In this document: piece by piece, positions 46,465-54,999 of the stretch
Position numbering within the stretch: the first letter of the stretch is position 1
How the letters are laid out: the number at the start of each line of letters is the position of its first letter
Assembly (NCBI GenBank): GCA_019058315.1
Contig: JAHPZH010000004.1
Location: 288,001-352,000, forward strand
Reading direction: 5' to 3'
Length of the DNA: 64,000 bases
Source of the DNA: Candidatus Helarchaeota archaeon
GTDB taxonomy: Archaea > Asgardarchaeota > Lokiarchaeia > Helarchaeales > RDOG01
Position numbers and translations under genes: made by a program
The notes under the pieces: model-generated
Seen by the model: only the letters and a program-made list of their open reading frames with translations
Databases searched by the model: none
What the model was told of the DNA's origin: nothing

Positions 46465-47241
46465 ATGGCAGTATCATGGATTTATTATATTGAATATATT
46501 TCAACTACCTTATTTGGAGTTGATATATATAGACAACCAATGCAGGTCTTTTTGCTCTTGATTCTTCTTATAGCTGGCTGTTTTTTAATTGGTATAATAT
46601 ATGAACTAAATAAAGATTATAAAAAAAGGCAATCTACTGAGACCTTATTGTTTTTAATAGGGCTTATATTTTTAATTCCTGTCATTATTCTTGGCATTAT
46701 ATCAGGTTTGTGTTATTCAGTTCTTGGTTTACCTGATCTCGGAATACTTTTAACAATAATTGGAATGTTTCCAGTTCAAATTACGTATTTATGTGTTAAT
46801 TTATTCGCAATTCGGATGACATTTCCCAAGCGTTATAAAGTAATATTAGTTATTTTGGTATTATTATCTGTTATTACAGTAGGATCTCAATTATGGGCAA
46901 TAGATCAAGGTCCCCCTCACTTTGATATTATCAATTTTGGAATAATTTATTCTTTAGAAGTTCAAATAGTGAGATTCACCGCTCTTATTCTTGCAGCAGT
47001 ATTTCCAATTTCGGTTTTTTATTATTATGCTGCTAAAATTCGAGAGGAAAATAAACCTAGAAGTAATCTCTCATTATGGTTAGGAACCGGAATATTATGT
47101 TTCGTTTTAGCCTTTCAAATTCCTACAATTGCACCCATTTTTAGAATTATTCAAGCCTTTTATCTCCCAGCAGCCATTATTTTTTATGTTTGTTTTTCAA
47201 TGCCAGAATGGTTTAAGAAAAGAATTGGATGGGTCGACTAA
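46465..47241 (+). CDS. 7TM membrane protein, tandem paralog 2
   Basis: Same conserved motifs as paralog 1. Confidence 0.85.
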   Translation: MAVSWIYYIEYISTTLFGVDIYRQPMQVFLLLILLIAGCFLIGIIYELNKDYKKRQSTETLLFLIGLIFLIPVIILGIISGLCYSVLGLPDLGILLTIIGMFPVQITYLCVNLFAIRMTFPKRYKVILVILVLLSVITVGSQLWAIDQGPPHFDIINFGIIYSLEVQIVRFTALILAAVFPISVFYYYAAKIREENKPRSNLSLWLGTGILCFVLAFQIPTIAPIFRIIQAFYLPAAIIFYVCFSMPEWFKKRIGWVD

Positions 47242-47325
47242 TCTCGTTCAATTCTTTACATTAGATTTATAAATAATATCATATGCAAATATAAAATAAA
47301 TAATGTAAAACAAAGAGGTAACACT

Positions 47326-48102
47326 ATGCCAGTTACATGGGAATATTATTTTCAATTTGTATCAAATAAGTTGTTTGGGCTTTCAATTTTTGAACAACCA
47401 TTTGAACTTATTCTACTCGGCGCACTTCTTATAGCTTTGGTTTTTTTACTTGGTATAATTTATGAATTGTATAAAGATTATAAAAAAACAAAGACCATTG
47501 AGACTTTACTATTCCTATTGGGCATGATAACTTTAATTCCTGCGAATATTTTTGGTATCGTTTATAGTCTATGTTATTCGACTTTCGGGTTGCCTGAATT
47601 AGCAGAATTTTTAATAATTTTCAATTTATTTCCAATGCAATTTACTTATTTGTGTGTTAATTTATTTGCAATTCGGATGACTTTTCCAAAACGATACAAA
47701 ATAATTTTAGTGATTTTATTAATCTTATCAGTTATTCTGATAGGAACTATGACTTGGGCGATTTTAAATGGTTCGCCATATTTTAGTATTGTTAATTTTG
47801 CACCAGTCTATTCTCTTGATATTCAAATAATACGATTTATCTGTTTAATCCCTGTAGCAGTAATCCCTATTTCAGTTTTTTATTATTATGCTACAAAAGT
47901 TCGTGAAGAAAATAGAGCCACCAGTAATCGCTCCATATGGTTAGGGACGGGAATTTTATGCTTTGCATTAGCAGTAATTGTTACTTCAGTAGCAACTGAA
48001 TTTAGAATGTTTCAGATGTTATATGTTCCTGCGGCAATTATTTTTTACGTTTGTTTTTCAATGCCAGAGTGGTTTAAAAGAAGAATTGGTTGGACTGAAT
48101 AA
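47326..48102 (+). CDS. 7TM membrane protein, tandem paralog 3
   Basis: Same conserved motifs as paralog 1. Confidence 0.85.
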   Translation: MPVTWEYYFQFVSNKLFGLSIFEQPFELILLGALLIALVFLLGIIYELYKDYKKTKTIETLLFLLGMITLIPANIFGIVYSLCYSTFGLPELAEFLIIFNLFPMQFTYLCVNLFAIRMTFPKRYKIILVILLILSVILIGTMTWAILNGSPYFSIVNFAPVYSLDIQIIRFICLIPVAVIPISVFYYYATKVREENRATSNRSIWLGTGILCFALAVIVTSVATEFRMFQMLYVPAAIIFYVCFSMPEWFKRRIGWTE

Positions 48103-48218
48103 AAATCTCCATACTTTTTTTTTTACAACTATAAAAAAGATTAAATTTTTAAATATTAATTTATAAGATTTGAATATTCAATTCATAAAATCTAATAATA
48201 AATTTAAAGTGGTAAAAA

Positions 48219-48995
48219 ATGGCTGTATCTTGGGAATATTATGTTCAAATTGCATTGAATTCAATATTCGGACCTTCTCCTTCTTTTCAACTTTTAAGTT
48301 TAATTTCGTTGATAATATTTATTATAGCTGGAGCTTTCTCAATTGGTATAATTAATGAATTATATAAAAATTATAAACAAAGGGCAACAGTTGAAACATT
48401 ATTATTTTTGATAGGAATAATTACACTTATACCAAGTAATATTTTTTTGGTTCTTGTAAATTTATTTTATTGGATTCTTGTTTTACCTGAAATCGCAGAA
48501 ATTTGTATTTTAATTACACTACTTCTTACTCAAGTCACAGTTTTATGTATAGATTTATTCGCAATTCGAATGACCTTCCCAAAGAGATATAAAATAGTTT
48601 TGTTTGTTCTATTATTACTTGCCGTTATTAATATAACCACTCAATATTGGGCAACGCTTCAAGGACCCCCATATCTCATTTTCTATGAATATACTACAAT
48701 ATATTCTATAGATATCCAAATAATACGTTTCATTACTCTTGTGCCAGTAATGGTTATCCCTATTTCTGTTTTTTATTATTATGCTGTAAAAATTCGAGAA
48801 GAAAACCGAGCTCAAAGTAATCGCTCTTTATGGCTTGGAACAGGAATTTTATTTTTCGCTTTTGCCCTTCTTATGCTCTCGATTGCATCTGTGACTAGAA
48901 TATTCGTAATTTTATTTATTCCTTCTGCAATTATTTTTTATGTCTGTTTTTCTATGCCAGAGTGGTTTAAAAGAAGAATTGGTTGGACTGAATAA
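48219..48995 (+). CDS. 7TM membrane protein, tandem paralog 4
   Basis: Same conserved motifs as paralog 1. Confidence 0.85.
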   Translation: MAVSWEYYVQIALNSIFGPSPSFQLLSLISLIIFIIAGAFSIGIINELYKNYKQRATVETLLFLIGIITLIPSNIFLVLVNLFYWILVLPEIAEICILITLLLTQVTVLCIDLFAIRMTFPKRYKIVLFVLLLLAVINITTQYWATLQGPPYLIFYEYTTIYSIDIQIIRFITLVPVMVIPISVFYYYAVKIREENRAQSNRSLWLGTGILFFAFALLMLSIASVTRIFVILFIPSAIIFYVCFSMPEWFKRRIGWTE

Positions 48996-49050
48996 AAATA
49001 CGTATTTTTTAGAAGTAAATCAGAAATAATTAAATATTTTTTAAGTAAAA

Positions 49051-49314
49051 TTATTTTTCATCCTTTGAGAGGTCGCCTTTTAAATTTTTGGCATAAAAAT
49101 TTGCTAGATTACAAGTTCTTATAACTATTTCGGTTAATTTTTTACTACTAAATAATATTTCTTCATTTTCCCCATCAAAATATAATTTAAAACACTCATA
49201 AACTTTATTTTTTTCATTCCATCTTATAGTTAGTCTAAATTCTTTCTGATTATCCCCCCAAACTCCATAATCTTTTTCTTTTCCCTCCTGAATTTCTAAT
49301 GAATCTAATTTCAA
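49051..49314 (-). CDS. Small hypothetical protein
   Basis: 87-aa ORF with normal composition. Confidence 0.5.
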   Translation of the reverse strand: MKLDSLEIQEGKEKDYGVWGDNQKEFRLTIRWNEKNKVYECFKLYFDGENEEILFSSKKLTEIVIRTCNLANFYAKNLKGDLSKDEK

Positions 49315-49656
49315 CTTTTTATTCGCTTCAATTTATTATTTATAATAATTTTGTCGGTATAAATCAAATTATAACGTTATAATTTAATTATCCTTCCTCA
49401 TATATTACTTAATTGCTAAAAAAATTGAACAAGATAAACAAATATCACTTAATATATGAACATATTATTATAAAAAAAGATTATGTTTCAAATTTAATAT
49501 TGCAAATTTGCTATTTTTTTTAAAAATGAGTGATTTTACCAAATATTCTTGAATTTTTAAATGATCTTTATATTTCTATACCAAATTATTTATAAGGTCG
49601 TTGACCACTTTTTAGTCTAGTAAAGACCAATTTTCTACCTAAGAAAATTGTAGGAG

Positions 49657-51183
49657 ATGGATTTTATTTCAATAGTTCTAACTGCAGATCGTTCTCTTAT
49701 GAGTAATTATTCAAATAATATATATATTGGGTTTTTATCTTGTATTCCACACAATATTTGCCCCGATATACTTTATAATCGTTTTTGCCCTCCCGTTCCA
49801 GTTAATTCTGATGGAACTACATCTTATCCTATATTAGCACTTCGTACAGTTGAGTCTATTTGTAATCATGCAGGATTTAAAGATGTAAAAATAGCTCATC
49901 CTGATTGTCTTAATAAAGTAATTAACTTTAAAACAAAGATAGTGGGAGTTTCATGTGAAGATCCTTTAGGTATAGGACCTGCAACTACTTCATGGAGTTC
50001 CATTTTTCACGGGATTCCTCATAATCGAATAAAGTTTCTTCAGTTAATGAAAAATATTAGGCAATTAAAAGAAATATTCGATTTTAAAGTAGTGCTAGGG
50101 GGTCCTGGCTGTTGGCAATTTAATGAAGATAAGATGAAAATTTTAGGAATTGATTATCTTCTACCAGGTGAGGGGGAAAGATCGATACCACCTTTTTTTC
50201 AGTCCTTATTTGAGAGAGACTTTCCTTCCCAACTAATTCAGCCAGATTCCCCAACCCCAAATGCGGAAGAAATATTACCAATTCTTGGACCAACTAATTC
50301 AAACTTTATTGAAATTAGCCGTGGTTGTGGTAGGGGCTGCAAATTCTGCGCTCCTACAACCAGCGGACAAATGCGTAATTTTCCTATTGATAAAATAGTC
50401 ACAGATGCGAAAATGTATCTTAAATATGGAATTAAAAATATTGTCTTACAATCCGAAGATTCGCTACGATATGGTTCACTAAATAAAGATTTTTCAATTG
50501 ATATTGATATAATTTTAAATCTTTTTAGCACATTATTCTCTTTGGGTATGAAATCAATTGCAATTACACATGCATCTCTTATAAACTTTGCAGAACAACC
50601 CGAAGATATTATAAAATTCACTCGATTTCTTCGTAAAAATGGTATGCGTTATTATGGTTGTCAACCAGGAATAGAAACTGGTAGTCCTCGACTAATGAAA
50701 AAATATATGAAGGGTAAATGTTATCCGCATTCTCCTGAAGAGTGGCATGAAATTGTGATTGATGCACTTAAATTGATGAAAGAAAATCATTGGTATCCTG
50801 CATGTACTCTTATTATGGGTCTGCCGGACGAAGAAAATTATGATACTCAGTTAACACTTGAATTAATTCAAAAAATTGATGACTTTCCTGCTCTTTATAT
50901 TCCTCTATTTTTCGTCCCGATGAGTATGACAAGTTTAAGAGAGAGGGAGAAATTTATATCAGAAAAAATGACCGCTCTTCAATGGAAACTTTTACTTTCA
51001 TGTTGGAAACATAATCTAAAATATATCCTTAAATTGTATAACTTAGAAACAGCACCTAAAAAATCAATTCAAATATTAGTAAAGATATTAACTAGTGCTT
51101 TGAATTTTATAATACGTCATAAAGGTCCTAAAATGATTAATAGGAAGTTTTACGAAAATAAAAGGGCAATTATTGTAAAATAA
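49657..51183 (+). CDS. B12-binding-like/radical SAM protein
   Basis: EISRGCGRGCKFC (CxxxCxxC), LGGPG, GIETGSPRL, IMGLPDE. Confidence 0.9.
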   Translation: MDFISIVLTADRSLMSNYSNNIYIGFLSCIPHNICPDILYNRFCPPVPVNSDGTTSYPILALRTVESICNHAGFKDVKIAHPDCLNKVINFKTKIVGVSCEDPLGIGPATTSWSSIFHGIPHNRIKFLQLMKNIRQLKEIFDFKVVLGGPGCWQFNEDKMKILGIDYLLPGEGERSIPPFFQSLFERDFPSQLIQPDSPTPNAEEILPILGPTNSNFIEISRGCGRGCKFCAPTTSGQMRNFPIDKIVTDAKMYLKYGIKNIVLQSEDSLRYGSLNKDFSIDIDIILNLFSTLFSLGMKSIAITHASLINFAEQPEDIIKFTRFLRKNGMRYYGCQPGIETGSPRLMKKYMKGKCYPHSPEEWHEIVIDALKLMKENHWYPACTLIMGLPDEENYDTQLTLELIQKIDDFPALYIPLFFVPMSMTSLREREKFISEKMTALQWKLLLSCWKHNLKYILKLYNLETAPKKSIQILVKILTSALNFIIRHKGPKMINRKFYENKRAIIVK

Positions 51184-51214
51184 TTCGATGAAAAAAAGAA
51201 TAAATAATATTTAG

Positions 51215-52372
51215 CTATTTCAAATATTCTGTATCTCGTCCTATACCCATTGAAATTATATGATCCTTTGTTGCTTTTTCATTTTTTGGGGTATCGTGCG
51301 TTATATCTAAATAAATTCCTTGATAGGTTTCTTCTACAGTCTTATCCAGGGCTGTTGGAGTGATCCAATCTCCGGATGGATAGTTAAAGTCAAATTTCTC
51401 CTTCTCATAAGTAGATTTTTTCTTGAATTCAGGTAAGTTGACTTTGAGTGTTTGCCAAGGATAAGGAATTCCCATTTTACGTCCTTCAACTATGCCCTTA
51501 TCCCATAGTTCTGGAAATTGTGAACCTAGCCAATCTACTACCTTTTGCTCTAATGGCATGAAATAAATTTTATGTTCTGTAGTAAGACCACACAAACCTA
51601 AAGTCCATTTTTCTCGACCACCCATGAGTAACATATTGAGAAAACTGGGCCATGGAACATAACTCATCCAAGTATCAGGTAAACCTATTTTTTTAGCATT
51701 GATTCCATCAAAGATTCCAGCAAAAGCTTCGTAACTCGAGGGTTCAGAAACAAAATTTAAAACTCCACTTGCCCATACCATGCAAATAATATAAGAAGCG
51801 TCTGCCCATTGTGGAGTTCGTTCATTTCGCATATCTTTCAAAACGTCCGTTAATTTTTCGCCAGCTTTTATTAACTCTTTAAAACGTTTAGGCATTTCTC
51901 TAAGTTTAAATCCAAGTTTTAAGTGTCTTCTATCTAGAGTATCATCTTCAGGTCCTATGAACCACCAATCAACAGGAATTCCATCTTCACAATGCCCATT
52001 TAGGAGGAAAAAAATCTCCTCATCTAAATCATTAGCGCAAACAAAGGTCACATCAGTCGAACCTCCGTAAACTAATTTTGTCGAACCTTGGTTTAAATCA
52101 GCTCTAATTGGTACGACAGGAGGAAATAACATGTAAGATAAAACCTTATCTGGCTGTTCAATTTCACCATCTATAACATATTTTGCGGTTCTTATTGTAT
52201 CATCCATACGAATTCGAAAAAGGTCATAGAGGAAATCTCCAGATAGTTCTGCAATAGTATCTTCAACATAATCCATACCTAATTCCTTAAAAGATCTCCA
52301 TATATGTCTCCCTAAGGGCATATATGGCTTGGTTCGTATAGTGTCTGGAATTTCGCCATAATTATGGACCAT
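51215..52372 (-). CDS. Conserved hypothetical protein, paralog B
   Basis: Full-length paralog of 44345-45499. Confidence 0.85.
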   Translation of the reverse strand: MVHNYGEIPDTIRTKPYMPLGRHIWRSFKELGMDYVEDTIAELSGDFLYDLFRIRMDDTIRTAKYVIDGEIEQPDKVLSYMLFPPVVPIRADLNQGSTKLVYGGSTDVTFVCANDLDEEIFFLLNGHCEDGIPVDWWFIGPEDDTLDRRHLKLGFKLREMPKRFKELIKAGEKLTDVLKDMRNERTPQWADASYIICMVWASGVLNFVSEPSSYEAFAGIFDGINAKKIGLPDTWMSYVPWPSFLNMLLMGGREKWTLGLCGLTTEHKIYFMPLEQKVVDWLGSQFPELWDKGIVEGRKMGIPYPWQTLKVNLPEFKKKSTYEKEKFDFNYPSGDWITPTALDKTVEETYQGIYLDITHDTPKNEKATKDHIISMGIGRDTEYLK

Positions 52373-52513
52373 TTTTTTTTCTCCATTGCTATAAATTCTT
52401 ACTATCTTATAAAATTATAAATTACGAATAAAGGAAAATATAAAAGAATAATTAAATAAATTTCTATTTCCTTTCATTCTTCCAGTTTGTTAACACTAAA
52501 CTCCAAAGTAGCC

Positions 52514-53107
52514 TTACTCAAAGTCTTCTGTATCAGCTAACGCGATTTCTATTATTCTTGGTAATTTCTCCACCCTTGCTATTAAGAAAACAATTTCATT
52601 ACTTAAGCCAAACAGTCTACTGACCCCCTTTCCAAGTAAACCGGAAAATGGAACTACTCTCTTTCCTTTTTCTTCCATTCTTAATTCATTTTCAACTAAA
52701 TTCCAAAAAAGGAAATCTTTTGGTGCTATATCTGAAATCGCATAAGAAACTACTGGAGCTCCTCTTTCTTCAAAAAATTCTGAAATAACAAATAAACGAT
52801 AGTAGCAAAACTTATCGTTACTTAATTGATAGACTTTTATATGTCCCATATTTTCCGTTGTACTTGATTTATCGTATACAATTTTACAAAGGTCTTTTAA
52901 ATCAATAAACTTCTCGAGATAGATTTCAACTTCTGATTCATAATCTTCCTCTTCTTCCTCTTCCTCCACCTCCTCTTCCGAACCCTCTAAATCTTTTACC
53001 AATTCTTCTACTTCTGGTTCCTCTATCTCTACTTTTGACTTTTTTGTTTTTTCGCTATCAATGTTCTCATCTTCAGACTTTTCAATATCCTCACTATTTG
53101 GATTCAA
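52514..53107 (-). CDS. Hypothetical protein with acidic N-terminus
   Basis: 197 aa; GGAG upstream of TTG. Confidence 0.7.
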   Translation of the reverse strand: MNPNSEDIEKSEDENIDSEKTKKSKVEIEEPEVEELVKDLEGSEEEVEEEEEEEDYESEVEIYLEKFIDLKDLCKIVYDKSSTTENMGHIKVYQLSNDKFCYYRLFVISEFFEERGAPVVSYAISDIAPKDFLFWNLVENELRMEEKGKRVVPFSGLLGKGVSRLFGLSNEIVFLIARVEKLPRIIEIALADTEDFE

Positions 53108-53333
53108 TAAATCATCTCCATAGCTGAGTGTTTATAGTAATTTATTTCCATCATGTTAATATTTATGTAAGTATCAATATTGGATTAATTTTTTTTGGAA
53201 AATTTGAATTTTTGGACAATCTAAATAAGTTATTTATCCAATAAATTGAAAGAAAAAATCAAAAAAGGAAAAATTAAAAATAAAGGATATTGAAATCAAA
53301 ATAAATAATAATATTATAAGGTAGTGGTAAATC

Positions 53334-54470
53334 TTGACAGAAGTTGATTATTACGAAAATGTAAGACAAAAATTATCTCTTGGAAGATTTGTTACTCCAA
53401 AACACGATAAAATAATTGAATTATTAAAGATTTTTTGGGATGAAAAAACTATAGAAATCCTTAATCATTTCCCAAATGCTGGGAAATTAATTACTGTAAA
53501 AGAATTAGTTGAAAAAACAGGAAAACCAAAGAGTGAAATTAAAACGCTTTTGAAAAAAGCGGTGAAAAAAAGAACAATAGCAAAAATTGGACGTAGTTAT
53601 GGATTAGTACCCCTCTTACCCGGTGTATTCGAAGCTTATTATGTTAACCAGCAAGATTCTGAAGAAAATCTTAAAGAAGCTGCTAAAATATACCGGTATA
53701 TCTTCGAAACTGCTTTGGTATCTCGTGCTAGAGAACAAATTAAAGATGAAGAAAGAGGATTTTTCGAATTTACTCCCTTACTTCCCCTCGAAGCCAAAGA
53801 AAGACTGATTAAAATTGATGAAACGGTGGATTTTGAATCACAAATCCTTTCTTATGAATTAGTAGAAGAAATGATTAATAGAAATGAAGCTTTTGCAGTT
53901 ATTCCATGCCAATGTCGAATAATTGGGGAATTAACTGGGGAGCCTTGTAGAGTGCCTTCTGAGATGGGATGCTTTGCTGTTGGACTTTTAGCAAAAGGGT
54001 TCGTAAGTATGGGTGTTGGTAGAGAATTAACTAAGGAAGAAGCAATTGAATTCATTAAAGAAACCGAGAAGGAAGGACTTGTCCACAACGTTACAGCTGC
54101 AACTGTTACAGATAATATAATTATTTGCAATTGTTGCAATTGTCATTGCGGGGCCCTCTTACCAATGAAAAAATTCCAAATAAAATCAGTCAGACAAAGC
54201 AATTTTGCACCTAAAAATGATCCAGAGCTTTGCGTTTTATGTGAGACATGCCTAAAAATTTGCCCTGTGGAAGCAATTTCTCATGCATCAGATGATAAAA
54301 TGATAACAAACTATGATATGTGTATAGGTTGCGGTTTATGCGCTTCAAATTGTCCAGAAAACGCGATCAAGATGGAAAAAGTTCGTTCTAAAATTCGTAA
54401 ACCAAGTGATCAACAAACTGAAGAAGTTAAGTTTGCAGAACTTTTTAGTGGTCTTCTAACCGGAAATTAA
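53334..54470 (+). CDS. 4Fe-4S dicluster protein with N-terminal wHTH-like and Cys-rich middle domain
   Basis: CQCR, ICNCCNCHC, CVLCETCLKICP, CIGCGLCASNCP. Confidence 0.9.
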   Translation: MTEVDYYENVRQKLSLGRFVTPKHDKIIELLKIFWDEKTIEILNHFPNAGKLITVKELVEKTGKPKSEIKTLLKKAVKKRTIAKIGRSYGLVPLLPGVFEAYYVNQQDSEENLKEAAKIYRYIFETALVSRAREQIKDEERGFFEFTPLLPLEAKERLIKIDETVDFESQILSYELVEEMINRNEAFAVIPCQCRIIGELTGEPCRVPSEMGCFAVGLLAKGFVSMGVGRELTKEEAIEFIKETEKEGLVHNVTAATVTDNIIICNCCNCHCGALLPMKKFQIKSVRQSNFAPKNDPELCVLCETCLKICPVEAISHASDDKMITNYDMCIGCGLCASNCPENAIKMEKVRSKIRKPSDQQTEEVKFAELFSGLLTGN

Positions 54471-54517
54471 TATTAATTTTTTTAAAAAAATGAAAAAATT
54501 AAGGTAACACTTTTATT

Positions 54518-54787
54518 TTATCCAAAAGTATATTTTTTTCTGATTTTTTTCTTTACATCCCACGTGCACTTTAGTCCCTTTGGGAATGTGACTAAATCAC
54601 CTTTATTGATCTCCATTTCTCCAGTAGGGGTTTTTACTATTACTTTGCCTTCTAGAACAAAGGCTGTTTCCTGAGTATCGTATTCCCAATCAAATATACT
54701 TGGGTCACATTCCCAAGGACTCCAATTCTCGATTTTTAATGATTCTAATTTTTCTTTTGATGGTTTTTCTTTCTTAATTTCTGACAT
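54518..54787 (-). CDS. Cupin (DUF861/cupin_3-type)
   Basis: WECDPSIFDWEY...ETAFVLEG...GDLVTFPKG..CTW. Confidence 0.9.
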   Translation of the reverse strand: MSEIKKEKPSKEKLESLKIENWSPWECDPSIFDWEYDTQETAFVLEGKVIVKTPTGEMEINKGDLVTFPKGLKCTWDVKKKIRKKYTFG

Positions 54788-54929
54788 AAATATCTGACCT
54801 CAATTTTAATCTATCATTTTAGCTTTATCTTATTTTAATTGAGCGAATAAATAATGGAATATCCCTTAAAAGGGTGACATCTAAGATAATTCTCTTTCTG
54901 AATTTATCTAAATTGGAATGATAAGATAG

Positions 54930-54987
54930 ATAATAATATTGTGGTAAGGTAATGGTGAATCTTACCTGAAGTTGATTATTAGCAAAA
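54930..54987 (+). pseudogene. Relic copy of the promoter/5' end of the 4Fe-4S gene at 53334
   Basis: ataataatatt..taaggtaatggtgaatcttacctgaagttgattattag vs 53305-53359 ataataatatt.taaggtagtggtaaatcttgacagaagttgattattac. Confidence 0.65.
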
Positions 54988-54999
54988 AAAGATTTTAAA

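Noticed and set aside
45564-48995. Microbial rhodopsins or bona fide class A GPCRs
   Set aside because: No TM7 retinal-binding Lys, and no DRY, CWxP or NPxxY motifs; the resemblance is architectural only.
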